64,000 bases of DNA from Elusimicrobiota bacterium (GCA_027319565.1 DAHVNA010000001.1:46806-110805); one strand, 5' to 3'; numbered from the stretch's first letter, positions 1 to 10,074 are shown. Program-made: numbers and translations. Notes: generated by a model not told the origin, from the letters alone.

Positions 1-273
1 CTCGACCTCGCTTCCGAAATCGGCGTGGCCGGGAGTGTCGACGATGTTGATGGTAATTCCTTTGTAGACGACCGAGGTGTTCTTGGCTAAAATCGTGATT
101 CCCTTTTCTCTTTCCAGCGGGTTTGAATCGAGCACCTGTTCTTGCGGCTGATCCATTTTGCTTGAAAAAAGCCCCGTTTCCTTGAGCATTGAATCGACTA
201 AGGTCGTTTTCCCGTGATCGACGTGGGCGATGATGGCGACGTTGCGCGTATCGTTTCTGCGTTGAGTGGTCAT
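1..273 (-). CDS. typA: GTP-binding protein TypA/BipA, N-terminal part (gene runs off the window start)
   Basis: Reverse translation from the ATG at 271-273 gives [34 protein letters not shown]...[44 protein letters not shown]1/G2/G3 GTPase motifs are arranged as in TypA/BipA. Confidence 0.85.
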   Translation of the reverse strand, partial: MTTQRRNDTRNVAIIAHVDHGKTTLVDSMLKETGLFSSKMDQPQEQVLDSNPLEREKGITILAKNTSVVYKGITINIVDTPGHADFGSEVE

Positions 274-313
274 GATATCCTTTTCTCTAAATGTTCAGCG
301 CGGACTCAATCGG

Positions 314-2074
314 CTACCTTTGGGGGTTTTCGGAGGCTCGCGGACTGCTGTGAATAATTAATTCGTAATATTCTAGCAAATAATAGGGGATAAGGGTGTG
401 TTGGTTTTCCCCTGTTTTGAGAACGACATAGAAAAGCCCGATATTGGCGACTTCTCCTGTTTTTCCGGCGATCTCGATGACGTCGCCCACTCTAAAGGGG
501 CTTTGCCAGCGAAGGGAGACGGCTTGGGCGATATTGGCGAGAATATTGTTTGAGGCTAGGGTAAATGCAGCGGCCCCAACTCCAAGCCCGACCGCCAAAC
601 TCGTCAGATGAAGCCCCAAGGCGCCGATGGCCAAGCTGATGCCGATGATATTGGCGGCCAATTGAAGGGCGAGGCGAAACAGGGCGGTGGTTTCCTCGTC
701 CCAATGGGCATATTTGCCGATCAGCGGGATAAACTCTTGCAGAGAATGGGAGATCGCGCTTGAGACTAAAAGCGCAAACAGGCTTTGAGCGAAAGGGAGA
801 ATAGAGCCGATGAAATGATACCCCGCGTGCGCCTTTAATACGGGCAGAGCTTCTCCAAATAGAAATAACCCAAAACCCCAGAGCGCCGCTTTTAAATAAG
901 AAGAGTAAGGGAGTTCCTTTAAGGCCTTCCAAAACGGGACTATTCCCAAATTCAGCAAAACCTTAAATGAAATCTTATCATCGATATTGTAGGGCCGAAA
1001 GAGTTCCACGGCTTTATTGCTGATTTGAGAATAAGTGAAGTAAACGGTTTCAGGGCCGGGATCTCCTGGAATCAGGGCATCGGGAGCCATTTGAAGGAAC
1101 TGAAGCTTGACGTATTTCGGCTTCAGATCGGCGACTTTGTAAATTTTATCGTCGATGCGTATTTTTTCGTTGAGATTGAAAGGACGATTGATGACAAATA
1201 GCGTTGCGCGCAAGAGGTTGGAAAGAGTTTTGTTAATGGCTAGGCCCAGGGCGATGCCACCCGCGGCAAATAAAACCTGATTTGAGATTCCCGCAAAGTG
1301 GAGAACCAGTCCTAATCCCAGAAGCCAATTCGAGGCCGAGGCGGCAAAGCGGACGGTGTCGGTGGTGTTAGGGTTCCAGTGAAATGCGGCAGATAACTTT
1401 GAAATCGACCATGAGAGCGCGCGATGGACTCCGTAAATCAAAAATAAAAGCCCGGAGCCAATGATATAAGGCTTGGTCAGTGTCCATCCGGCTGCCGGGT
1501 GAATGGCTTTACTGGCGGCAAGGGCTGGCGCGGGAATTAAAAAAGTTGAGGCTATCGCTGAGCTGGCGATTTTAGCTTTCTTTAGAAAAGGCGCCGAAAA
1601 TAGACCTCTCTTGGGAGTTACGGCTTCTCCATCCTTGCTCTTATCTCCGGACCAGAATCTGGTCCAACGAAGAGCGGAATGTTCATAACTTTCTTTTTGC
1701 ATGGATTGATTCTCTTTGATTGATAGGTTTTTTGCCGCCTTCAATGAGTTTTCAGAAGCGGGAGTTTGAGATTTTTTCGCCGATGTCTGGATGAGCGGTT
1801 TTAAATGGAATAAAGGCGCGATTTGTGTTTTTTCTCTCTGGATGGCGGGGATGTTTAAAACTTCCATTTTCGGGTCGGGTAGCGTTGCTGGATAATCTAA
1901 AGAGAATTGGGATGGCGTTTCTGGATTGGCCAGGGACGAGAATTGAAGAGAAGCGGGCGCGGAAAAATGGGTTTCTGGGTTTTTCAGGCTTTCAATGGCG
2001 GCGTTGGCCAGCGCGGTTTGGAAAAATAAAATCGCGACTAAACCAATGGCGATAAACGGTCTCAGTTTATTCAA
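314..2074 (-). CDS. Mechanosensitive ion channel (MscS) family protein with signal peptide and long N-terminal extension
   Basis: N-terminal signal-like MNKLRPFIAIGLVAILFFQTALANA. Multiple TM helices. C-terminal MscS-type beta-domain signature RWQSPFRVGDVIEIAGKTGEVANIGLFYVVLKTGENQHTLIPY. Confidence 0.75.
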   Translation of the reverse strand: MNKLRPFIAIGLVAILFFQTALANAAIESLKNPETHFSAPASLQFSSLANPETPSQFSLDYPATLPDPKMEVLNIPAIQREKTQIAPLFHLKPLIQTSAKKSQTPASENSLKAAKNLSIKENQSMQKESYEHSALRWTRFWSGDKSKDGEAVTPKRGLFSAPFLKKAKIASSAIASTFLIPAPALAASKAIHPAAGWTLTKPYIIGSGLLFLIYGVHRALSWSISKLSAAFHWNPNTTDTVRFAASASNWLLGLGLVLHFAGISNQVLFAAGGIALGLAINKTLSNLLRATLFVINRPFNLNEKIRIDDKIYKVADLKPKYVKLQFLQMAPDALIPGDPGPETVYFTYSQISNKAVELFRPYNIDDKISFKVLLNLGIVPFWKALKELPYSSYLKAALWGFGLFLFGEALPVLKAHAGYHFIGSILPFAQSLFALLVSSAISHSLQEFIPLIGKYAHWDEETTALFRLALQLAANIIGISLAIGALGLHLTSLAVGLGVGAAAFTLASNNILANIAQAVSLRWQSPFRVGDVIEIAGKTGEVANIGLFYVVLKTGENQHTLIPYYLLEYYELIIHSSPRASENPQR

Positions 2075-2176
2075 GATGCCTTATTTTACTTTAAAGAGAT
2101 TGAGAGACAATTGGGTCCAAAGTCCTAGAAAAGCCTCGGCAAAGGGCCCAGATTTTTTGCCACAGGCTGGGCCTCA

Positions 2177-2205
2177 TTGACAGTTCTCCTTCAAACTGCT
2201 AAATT
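2177..2205 (+). promoter_or_regulatory. Sigma70-type promoter candidate upstream of hpf
   Basis: TTGACA (2177-2182), 17-nt spacer, TAAATT (2200-2205). An AAGGAG Shine-Dalgarno follows at 2227-2232. Confidence 0.4.
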
Positions 2206-2242
2206 TTTGAAGAGAGTTCCCTTTATAAGGAGATTAAAATTT

Positions 2243-2773
2243 ATGGAAATCCATTTTACCGCTAAGCAAATCAAGATCACTCCGGCCATCCGGCAATATG
2301 TCGAAGATAAATTAGAGAGAACGCAAAAATATTTTGACTCCATTGTCTGGGCCCAGGTTTTTTTATCCGTCGAAAAAAGATCCCATAACGCGGAATTCGT
2401 TTTGCACGCTCCAGGACAGACTTTTCGCGCGTTGGCGACGGCGTCGGACCTCTATTCCGCTGTGGATTTGGCGGGCGACAAAATGAACGCCCAAATTAAG
2501 AAATTTAAAGAAAAACTTAAAAACAAGCATAAAATCCCGACTGGAGAGGCGGTCGCGTCTTTTCTCGCCAGCGGCCCGCGATTTGATTTTATCGATCAGG
2601 TGATGCCGCTCCTCACTCCCGAACAAGCCGTTCGCAATTTGGACTCATCCGAGAGACCATTCTTTTTGTATCAAGATAAAGACTCCCATCAAATTCATGT
2701 CGCGTACCGGACTGATGGCGAGCACTATCGCATCGTCCGTCCCATCAAGAAATCCGGCGTAGCCGGGAAGTGA
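2243..2773 (+). CDS. hpf: Ribosome hibernation promoting factor, long form
   Basis: MEIHFTAKQIKITPAIRQYVEDKLERTQKYF...NAEFVLHAPGQTFRA is the RaiA/HPF sigma54-modulation fold signature. The start at 2243 is preferred over the ORF-track TTG at 2177 because of the AAGGAG RBS. Confidence 0.85.
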   Translation: MEIHFTAKQIKITPAIRQYVEDKLERTQKYFDSIVWAQVFLSVEKRSHNAEFVLHAPGQTFRALATASDLYSAVDLAGDKMNAQIKKFKEKLKNKHKIPTGEAVASFLASGPRFDFIDQVMPLLTPEQAVRNLDSSERPFFLYQDKDSHQIHVAYRTDGEHYRIVRPIKKSGVAGK

Positions 2774-3720
2774 TTACACAAGATTTAACAGTTGAGCGCT
2801 TGTTTAAAGAGCAAGCGAAATCCCTGGGTTTGGATTTGGTCGCTGGCAAGCGCGGCCTTGGACGCTTAATTACGGTTCCCGAGATTAACCGCCCGGGCTT
2901 GGCCTTGGCCGGTTTTTTGGAGCATTTCAGTGCCGAGAGAGTCCAGGTTTTTGGCCGCGGCGAGCAGTCTTATTGCATGAAGGTCGGCTCTAAAACTCTT
3001 CAGAAATCCCTATCCTTGATATTGGATTCAAAAGAGATGCCGTGTGTTTTGTTTACCCATGGGCTCGATATCCCGTCCGTTCTTCGCTCCGAATGCGACA
3101 AGAGAGGCATTCCTCTTTTTCGATCGCATCTAAAAACCGCCGATTTAGTATCCGAGCTTGGAGAAAAACTGGAGTATGAACTTTCTCCCAGTTGCCTGGT
3201 CCACGGAGTTTTCGTGGATATTTATGGAATGGGCGTTTTGATTCAAGGCGGCGCTGGAATGGGAAAATCGGAGTGCGCGCTCGAACTTCTCAAGCGCGGG
3301 CATATTTTAATCGCCGATGACGTAGTTCGCCTGCAGCATCGGCGTGGAGGGGTTCTAAGAGGAATATGCCCTGAACCATTGAAAAATCATCTCGAGGTGC
3401 GAGGACTGGGCATCTTGGACGTCAGCCTTTTATTTGGCATTGGGTTTATTTTGGAGCATAAGCGCGTGAGGCTCGCTGTTCAGCTTTTGCCGTGGGAAAA
3501 AGTCGAATATCCAGATCGCACTGGCCTTTCCGACACGACAGTTTCTTTTTTAGGAATTGATATCCCTCAGGTTCGCATTCCCGTCATGCCCGGGCGCAAC
3601 CTGGCCGTTTTAATCGAGGTGGCGGCCCTCAACCAAAGATTAAAAATTCATGGCTATCATGCCGCGGAAAACTTTAATCAGAAATTGATTGATCGTATGC
3701 GCGAGGCCGGCAAGAAATGA
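2770..3720 (+). CDS. hprK: HPr kinase/phosphorylase
   Basis: GVFVDIYGMGVLIQGGAGMGKSECALELLKRGHILIADDVV contains the P-loop and HprK signature. The GTG start overlaps the hpf stop (GTGA). Confidence 0.9.
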   Translation: MITQDLTVERLFKEQAKSLGLDLVAGKRGLGRLITVPEINRPGLALAGFLEHFSAERVQVFGRGEQSYCMKVGSKTLQKSLSLILDSKEMPCVLFTHGLDIPSVLRSECDKRGIPLFRSHLKTADLVSELGEKLEYELSPSCLVHGVFVDIYGMGVLIQGGAGMGKSECALELLKRGHILIADDVVRLQHRRGGVLRGICPEPLKNHLEVRGLGILDVSLLFGIGFILEHKRVRLAVQLLPWEKVEYPDRTGLSDTTVSFLGIDIPQVRIPVMPGRNLAVLIEVAALNQRLKIHGYHAAENFNQKLIDRMREAGKK

Positions 3721-4595
3721 GTTCTGGTAAAAAAACGCGCTCAAAGCAGAAAGTTTTTATCATCACCGGCATTTCCGGCGCCGGTAAAAGCCAGGCTTTA
3801 AAGGCCTTTGAGGATTTTGGATTTTTTTGTGTGGACAATCTCCCGCTGACCCTTCTTGGAAATTTCGCGGATTTCTTGACCAAGCGCCGAGACCGCGACA
3901 AGGTTGCCCTGGGGGTCGATATTCGGGAAGGAAAATATCTGGAAGGTTTGCCCCGGCTCCTCAAGAGTTTGCCGCAGAGAGGGATTGATTACCGCATTAT
4001 TTTCCTGGACGCTTCAGATGACATCGTCATTCAGCGATTTTCCGAGACCAGGCATCGGCATCCGCTGGGGCTTAAAATTTCGGAGGCGATCAAGGAAGAA
4101 AGGCGGCAGCTGGAACCGATTAAGGAAATCGCGGATAAACTCATTGACACCAGCGGTCTTACCCTGGGCGAGTTAAAAGAGGTTCTTTCTCAAACTCTGG
4201 AACTTTCCGACGCGGAGGAAATGAATTTGTCGGTGGTCTCTTTCGGATATAAGTACGGAATTCCCCGCGACGCCGATATCGTGCTTGATGTTCGTTTTCT
4301 TCCCAACCCCAATTATGTCGAGAGCCTTAAGAAAAAGACCGGGCTTGATTCCAAGGTGAGAAAATACGTGATGAGTCAGCCTGCGGCGACTAAATTTCTC
4401 GAGGGTTTTTGGCGTTTGGCGCGGGAGCTTTTGCCTCAGTATATTCGCGAGGGCAAGTCTTATTTGACGATCGCCATCGGATGCACCGGCGGCAAGCACC
4501 GGAGCGTGGCGATTACCCATCTTCTCGCTCAAAAGCTTAAGTCCAGCGGTTATCCCGTTCAAGAATTCCATCGCGACATTAGAGATGACTCATGA
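3717..4595 (+). CDS. rapZ: RNase adapter protein RapZ (YvcJ/YhbJ family P-loop protein)
   Basis: VFIITGISGAGKSQALKAFEDFGFFCVDNLP at the N-terminus and CTGGKHRSVA near the C-terminus. ATGA overlap with hprK. Confidence 0.9.
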   Translation: MSSGKKTRSKQKVFIITGISGAGKSQALKAFEDFGFFCVDNLPLTLLGNFADFLTKRRDRDKVALGVDIREGKYLEGLPRLLKSLPQRGIDYRIIFLDASDDIVIQRFSETRHRHPLGLKISEAIKEERRQLEPIKEIADKLIDTSGLTLGELKEVLSQTLELSDAEEMNLSVVSFGYKYGIPRDADIVLDVRFLPNPNYVESLKKKTGLDSKVRKYVMSQPAATKFLEGFWRLARELLPQYIREGKSYLTIAIGCTGGKHRSVAITHLLAQKLKSSGYPVQEFHRDIRDDS

Positions 4596-4858
4596 CCGAG
4601 CGAGAATTTACGATTCCTAATACCTTAGGGCTGCACGCTCGTCCGGCGGCGATTTTGGCCCAGGAAGCGGGGAAATTTAAGAGCGCTATTACCATTTTGA
4701 AAGATGGCCTTGAAGTTAACGGGAAAAGCGTTATGGGACTTATGCTCTTGGCCGCGGAATGCGGTTCAAAACTGCGGATTCGCGCCGACGGCCCAGATGA
4801 AATTCCGGCGCTGGACGCCTTGCGCGCGCTGTTTGACAAAAAATTTGGGGAACAATAG
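4592..4858 (+). CDS. ptsH: Phosphocarrier protein HPr (both His15 and Ser46 contexts present)
   Basis: GLHARPAA (His15 site) and NGKSVMGLMLL (Ser46 site). 88 aa. ATGA overlap with rapZ. Confidence 0.9.
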   Translation: MTEREFTIPNTLGLHARPAAILAQEAGKFKSAITILKDGLEVNGKSVMGLMLLAAECGSKLRIRADGPDEIPALDALRALFDKKFGEQ

Positions 4859-4860
4859 AA

Positions 4861-6579
4861 ATGATTATCGTTAAAGGAATTGGGGCCAGCCGAGGAATTG
4901 CGATTGGAAGCGCTTTTGTCCTCGAGGATGAAGAAGTCGTCGTAACCCGCGTTGAACTGCCCAAACAGCTTTTGAGAGCCGAGGTCAAAAGGTTTAAAGA
5001 AGCGCATAAGGCCGCCCTGCGGGATTTGGACGCCGCCGAAGCCAAGGTTCTTAAGTTTTTAGGGCGAGACCACGCCAAGCTCATTCATGCCCATCGGATG
5101 ATTTTAACGGATACCTTGATTACCAAGGATGTTCCGATGCGCATTATCAAAGAGGGGGTCAATGCGGAGTTCGCCCTTTCGGAATCCGTTGAATCGGTGG
5201 CGCAACAGTTTGAAAAAATAGATGACGATTTCTTTAGGGAAAGAAAACATGATTTGATGGACGTGGCCAAACGCCTCTTGGCCCATCTTCTTAAAAAGAA
5301 TAAAAAATCGATGCCGGCTCCGGCGGAAGGCTCTATTTTGGTCGCGCGAAATCTCTTGCCTTCCGAAACCTTGAGCCTTCATGACTCCAAGGTACTGGGT
5401 TTTGCGACCGATTTGGGCGGAAAGTCAAGCCATACCGCCATTTTAGCCCAGAGTCTGCGCATCCCGGCGGTCGTGGCCTTATCCGATGCCAGCCGCCGGG
5501 TTAAAACCGGAGATTTTCTCATTATCGACGGCGAAAATGGCCTTTTATTTATCGATCCGACTCCGGATGTAGTCGCCAAATATAAGAATCTGCAAGATAA
5601 AGAAAAATTGGCGGAGAAGTCTTTGGAATCCTTGCGCGGGCTTCCGGCGGTGACCGCCGATGGGAGAAAAATCCTGCTTGAGATTAATCTCGACTCCTTG
5701 GAGGAAGTCAAGGGAATTTCCGCTTTAAATCCCGACGGGGTGGGATTATTCCGAACCGAGTATTTGTTCTTAAATCGTCCGGCCCCGCCTTCCGAAAAAG
5801 AGCAGTCGACCATTTATGCCGCGGCTCTTAAAGCCTTGGAGCCGAAATCGGTCGTTTTTCGGACCGCGGATTTGGGCGGCGATCGCGTGGCCGCTTTGGG
5901 AGTGGAAGCGGTGAGAGACGAAGCCAATCCGTTCATGGGACTTAGAGGGGTGCGCCTGTTTTTGCGCCATCAAGAAGTTTTTAAGACTCAAATCCGCGCT
6001 ATTTTGCGGGCCGCCTCCAAAGGCGGACACGCCCGGATTTTAATTCCGATGGTTTCATCCCTATGGGAAATCCAAAGCGTTAAAGACATTATCTCTCAAG
6101 CCAAAACCGAGCTTGAGAAAGAATCGGTCGTGATTCCGGGAAAAATAGAATTGGGGATCATGGTTGAAATTCCATCCGCGGCTATTTTGCTTGACGTCTT
6201 TTTGCCTCATCTGGATTTTGTTTCGATTGGAACCAATGATTTGATTCAATACATACTCGCGGTCGACCGCATCAACGACCACGTCGCGCACCTCTACGAC
6301 GCTTTTCACCCCGCCGTTTTAAGGTTCATCAAGATGATCGTCGATGCGGCGCAAAATCAAAAAAAACGCGTTGGCGTCTGCGGGGAAATGGCCGCGGATT
6401 TAAAAGCAGTGCCCGTTTTGGTGGGGCTTGGGATTGAAGAAATTTCCGTTCCGATGCGCATGCACTTAAGGGTCAAGGAAGTCATTCGTTCACTCAACTA
6501 CAAAGCGCTGTCTGCCAGCGCTTCCAAGGCCTTGGCGGCTTCCGACGCCGAAGAAGTTCGCCGGTTGTTCGGATACTAA
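4861..6579 (+). CDS. ptsI: Phosphoenolpyruvate-protein phosphotransferase (PTS Enzyme I)
   Basis: 572 aa. GGKSSHTAILAQSLRIPAVV contains the phospho-His region. The GLFRTEYLF and SIGTNDLIQY motifs are typical of EI. Confidence 0.95.
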   Translation: MIIVKGIGASRGIAIGSAFVLEDEEVVVTRVELPKQLLRAEVKRFKEAHKAALRDLDAAEAKVLKFLGRDHAKLIHAHRMILTDTLITKDVPMRIIKEGVNAEFALSESVESVAQQFEKIDDDFFRERKHDLMDVAKRLLAHLLKKNKKSMPAPAEGSILVARNLLPSETLSLHDSKVLGFATDLGGKSSHTAILAQSLRIPAVVALSDASRRVKTGDFLIIDGENGLLFIDPTPDVVAKYKNLQDKEKLAEKSLESLRGLPAVTADGRKILLEINLDSLEEVKGISALNPDGVGLFRTEYLFLNRPAPPSEKEQSTIYAAALKALEPKSVVFRTADLGGDRVAALGVEAVRDEANPFMGLRGVRLFLRHQEVFKTQIRAILRAASKGGHARILIPMVSSLWEIQSVKDIISQAKTELEKESVVIPGKIELGIMVEIPSAAILLDVFLPHLDFVSIGTNDLIQYILAVDRINDHVAHLYDAFHPAVLRFIKMIVDAAQNQKKRVGVCGEMAADLKAVPVLVGLGIEEISVPMRMHLRVKEVIRSLNYKALSASASKALAASDAEEVRRLFGY

Positions 6580-6583
6580 AGCG

Positions 6584-8395
6584 ATGGATCCTAGGCATAT
6601 TCGCAATTTTTCGATTATCGCCCATATCGATCACGGCAAATCCACCTTGGCGGACCGAATTCTGGAACAGACGGGGAGTTTAGACCGGAAAATGCGCCAT
6701 GTCGATCAGGTGATGGATTCAATGGAGCTTGAGCGTGAGCGCGGCATTACGATTAAGGCTAAAGCCGTCCGGATGAAATATAATTTCAAGGGAGAAGAGT
6801 TCATCCTTAATTTGATTGATACCCCCGGGCACGTGGATTTTAGTTATGAGGTTTCCCGCGCCTTGGCGGCTTGCGAAGGGGCTTTGCTGCTAGTGGACGC
6901 GACCCAGGGGGTCGAAGCGCAGACAATCGCCCACGCGGGTTTGGCCGGCTCTTTAGGGCTTAAAATTATTCCCGTTATCAATAAAATTGATTTGCCCTCG
7001 GCCGATTTGGACGCGACTCTCGAGCAGATTTGGGAAACCTTAAAAATTGAGGAAGAAGAAATTCGAGTCAGCGCAAAAGAAGGCCGCGGGGTTTCCGAAC
7101 TTTTAGAAGAAATCGTGCGCCGAATTCCGCCGCCGGATGCCAATCCCGAAAGCCCTCTTTGCGCCCTGATTTTTGATTCGACCTTTAATTCTTACCGGGG
7201 AGTCGTCTTGTTGGTTCGCCTCAAGGACGGAATCGCCAAAGCCGGAATGAAGATTCGATTCTTTTCGACGGGACATGAGGCGGTCATTGAAGAAGTCGGA
7301 TTTTTGATGCCGCAACTCCGCAAGGCCGATAGTTTGTCGGCGGGAGAGGTAGGCTACGTTATTTGCGGTATTAAAGATATTCATCAGGTTCGGGTCGGAG
7401 ACACGATTATGGAGTCGATGAGGCCTTTGGCGAAGCCCTTGAGCGGATATCAAGAAGCCAAGCCCGTCGTTTTTGCCGGCATTTTCCCGGTCAACGCCGC
7501 CGACTATCAATCTTTGTCGAGCGCGCTCCAAAAACTCAATTTGGAAGACAGCTCCTTTCAGTATCAGGGCGAGCAGTCCCAGGCTTTGGGGTTTGGTTTT
7601 CGTCTCGGGTTTCTCGGGCTTCTGCACATGGAAATTCTTAAAGAACGCCTTGAGCGCGAGTTCGGACTCTCTTTGATTATCACCGCTCCCAATGTCCGCT
7701 ACCGCGTTCAAATTAAAGAGGGGTCTTGGAAGGTGGTTGAAAATCCCTCTCAGTGGCCGGATCGCTCCATTATCCAATCTGTCGAAGAGCCATATGTCTT
7801 GGCGACGATGATCGTTCCGGTCGAATATCAGGAAGGGGTTCTCAATTTGCTCAAGGAAAAGCGCGGCGAGTATAAAAATATTGAATATCTATCGAACAAA
7901 CGACTTTTGATAGAATACCATTTGCCGCTTTCGGAGATGGTCATTAGTTTTTATGATCGGCTAAAATCCATTTCCAAAGGCTATGCGTCCTTGGACTATC
8001 AGCCGGAGGGCTATCGCGTCTCCGATTTGGTTTTCCTGGAAATTTTAATTCATGGACAAGCGGTAGACGCCTTGAGTCAAATTGTCCACCGCGATAAGGC
8101 CTACGGGGTCGCTAAGGCTCTTTGCGAGAAGCTCAAGGAATTGATTCCGCGGCAAAATTTTGAGGTGGCGATCCAAGCTCAAATCGACGGGCGTATTATC
8201 GCGCGGGAAACCCAGTCGGCGGCGAGAAAAGACGTTCTCGCCAAATGCTATGGCGGCGACATCACTCGAAAGCGGAAGTTGTTGGAAAAGCAGAAAGAAG
8301 GAAAGAGAAAGGCGAAACTTTTAGGCAAGGTCGAGGTGCCGCAGGAGGCGTTTTTGGCCGCCTTAAGGATCGATGAACCGTCGGAAAGGGGATAA
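6584..8395 (+). CDS. lepA: Translation elongation factor 4 (LepA)
   Basis: IRNFSIIAHIDHGKSTLADRILE, LIDTPGHVDFSYEV, and a C-terminal LepA-specific region including KCYGGDITRKRKLLEKQKEGKR. Confidence 0.97.
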   Translation: MDPRHIRNFSIIAHIDHGKSTLADRILEQTGSLDRKMRHVDQVMDSMELERERGITIKAKAVRMKYNFKGEEFILNLIDTPGHVDFSYEVSRALAACEGALLLVDATQGVEAQTIAHAGLAGSLGLKIIPVINKIDLPSADLDATLEQIWETLKIEEEEIRVSAKEGRGVSELLEEIVRRIPPPDANPESPLCALIFDSTFNSYRGVVLLVRLKDGIAKAGMKIRFFSTGHEAVIEEVGFLMPQLRKADSLSAGEVGYVICGIKDIHQVRVGDTIMESMRPLAKPLSGYQEAKPVVFAGIFPVNAADYQSLSSALQKLNLEDSSFQYQGEQSQALGFGFRLGFLGLLHMEILKERLEREFGLSLIITAPNVRYRVQIKEGSWKVVENPSQWPDRSIIQSVEEPYVLATMIVPVEYQEGVLNLLKEKRGEYKNIEYLSNKRLLIEYHLPLSEMVISFYDRLKSISKGYASLDYQPEGYRVSDLVFLEILIHGQAVDALSQIVHRDKAYGVAKALCEKLKELIPRQNFEVAIQAQIDGRIIARETQSAARKDVLAKCYGGDITRKRKLLEKQKEGKRKAKLLGKVEVPQEAFLAALRIDEPSERG

Positions 8396-8397
8396 AC

Positions 8398-9396
8398 ATG
8401 GAAGGACGACTTTTTTTAATCGGAGTGGCGATGGGACTCTATACCTGGAGGAGCCGAAGCCTGAAAAAAAATGGCGGTTTGGACAGCCCTCTGAGAAGGG
8501 GGCTGTGGCACGGGCTTTTCTGTTCTCTCGCCGCGGCGGCGGCGGCCTTGGTTTTATCGGTGTCGATGGAAAAACACACGCGCTTTGTCTTTGTCGGTCC
8601 CAATGCCTTTGCGGCTTCGGAATTTTATCCCAGTATTATCGCCGCGATTGTCGGGTTCATTTACGGGTTTTTCCGCGGCAAGGCCGAGCCGGAAAGTAAG
8701 AGAGGCTATTTTTTGCTGGAAGACTCGGAATGGGCGGAAACGGTTTTTTCCGCCGTCCTTCTAGCGGCGACGATTATGTATTTCATCGTTCAAGCTTTTA
8801 AAATTCCCTCCGGGTCGATGGAGAATACGCTGTTGATCGGCGATCATCTTTTCGTCAATAAATTTATCTATGGGCTGAGGATTCCATTTACGGGAGAGCG
8901 TATTTTCAATTTTCGCGGGGTTAAAAGGGGGGACATCATGGTTTTCTCTTTTCCCGACCAAGATCCCCGCGATGTCCACTGCGGTTCCGTTCAATACCAC
9001 CGAGATTTCATTAAGCGCGTGATCGGGCTTCCGGGAGATAAAATCGAGGTCAGGGCCGGGCAACTCTACATTAACGATGTTCCGATTAAAAACGAGCCAT
9101 ATGCTCATTTTTCCGATGGCGAGATGCGCCAGCCGGAATCGGTTCGGGCTTTTGATCTCAGTCCCAAAAAATACCAGGAATTGTGGCAGAATCACGAGCT
9201 GGACGGCATACTCCAAGACGTCCAGCGCGATTTCTTTGGGCCCGTAACCGTTCCTCCCAATTCCTATTTTATGATGGGGGACAATCGCGACCGCTCCTGC
9301 GATTCTCGCTATTGGGGTCCGGTTCCGCTCAAAGACGTGCGCGGCAAGGCTTGGTTTATCTATTGGCCGCCGTCGCGGATGGGAACGGTTCACTGA
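8398..9396 (+). CDS. lepB: Signal peptidase I
   Basis: IPSGSMENTLLIGDHLFVNK (catalytic Ser box), KRVIGLPGD (Lys box) and GDNRDRSCDSRYWG box. Follows lepA as in many bacteria. Confidence 0.9.
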   Translation: MEGRLFLIGVAMGLYTWRSRSLKKNGGLDSPLRRGLWHGLFCSLAAAAAALVLSVSMEKHTRFVFVGPNAFAASEFYPSIIAAIVGFIYGFFRGKAEPESKRGYFLLEDSEWAETVFSAVLLAATIMYFIVQAFKIPSGSMENTLLIGDHLFVNKFIYGLRIPFTGERIFNFRGVKRGDIMVFSFPDQDPRDVHCGSVQYHRDFIKRVIGLPGDKIEVRAGQLYINDVPIKNEPYAHFSDGEMRQPESVRAFDLSPKKYQELWQNHELDGILQDVQRDFFGPVTVPPNSYFMMGDNRDRSCDSRYWGPVPLKDVRGKAWFIYWPPSRMGTVH

Positions 9397-9414
9397 GGGA
9401 CGTTTCCATTTTGC

Positions 9415-9816
9415 TTAAGAATGCGTGCGCTTGGGAATGTAGCGAACCCCGTCTAAATCCTTGAAAGCGGCGTCTTGGGTCCACAAAACGGCATTTTTCA
9501 TGCGGGCGGTGGCCAGAATGACGGCATCGGCCATCGGCAGGTTGAGTCGGACGGCGAGTTGCGCGGCATTTAAAGCGACGGCGGCGTTCAATTCGACGAC
9601 GTCTCCCTGTTGCATTAAGGCCGCAACCTGAAGCGCGGAGTTTTCTCCGCGTTGAACTAAGACCCGTTTAAAGACTTCATAGATAGAAATAGAGGGGACC
9701 ACGAGGAGCTTGGTCTCTTCAATCGCGGGAGCGAAAAAGGCCGCATTGCGGCCATCCGCTAGATATTCCAGCCAGCCGGAGGAGTCTACGACGTTCAAGA
9801 CGATATTAGCGCTCAT
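9415..9816 (-). CDS. vapC: PIN-domain toxin, VapC family
   Basis: MSANIVLNVVDSSGWLEYL... has the N-terminal acidic D of a PIN domain, plus ...PMADAVILATA... and WTQDAAFKD. The internal ATG at 9816 is chosen because the longer ORF-track start overlaps the antitoxin gene. Confidence 0.8.
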   Translation of the reverse strand: MSANIVLNVVDSSGWLEYLADGRNAAFFAPAIEETKLLVVPSISIYEVFKRVLVQRGENSALQVAALMQQGDVVELNAAVALNAAQLAVRLNLPMADAVILATARMKNAVLWTQDAAFKDLDGVRYIPKRTHS

Positions 9817-9832
9817 CGTTGAACCCTGGGGC

Positions 9833-10042
9833 TTAAAACCGGTCTTTTTCCCGCGGGAGGTTGGTGTCGATGCCCTTGAGAAAACCGCGCATGGCCTTGG
9901 CGGGGCGCACAAGGATAAACTCGATGCGGTTTTCATAGCTTAGAACCTGGACCTTTTCGCCGGGGCGAATTCCCAGCGACTGCCGCACATCTAAAGGTAT
10001 GACGACCTGGTATTTCGGCGAGATCGTGACCGTGTGTTGCAT
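9833..10042 (-). CDS. vapB: AbrB/MazE/SpoVT-type antitoxin (VapB-like)
   Basis: 69 aa. MQHTVTISPKYQVVIPLDVRQSLGIRPGEKV is a swapped-hairpin AbrB-type DNA-binding motif. Lies 16 nt upstream of vapC. Confidence 0.75.
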   Translation of the reverse strand: MQHTVTISPKYQVVIPLDVRQSLGIRPGEKVQVLSYENRIEFILVRPAKAMRGFLKGIDTNLPREKDRF

Positions 10043-10074
10043 GGGCTTTCTCCTATCGATATCTACATTGTAAT

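Noticed and set aside
7103-7777. 224-aa ORF antisense to lepA. Similar long shadow ORFs: 8761-9393 (antisense lepB), 20274-20753 (antisense pckG), 59171-59773 (antisense acnA), 25124-25519 (antisense dcm), 31779-32348 and 492-932 (alternative frames inside the NuoL-like and MscS-like genes)
   Set aside because: All lie entirely within strongly supported genes. They have R/G/P/S-rich low-complexity composition typical of off-frame translation and carry no recognisable motifs.
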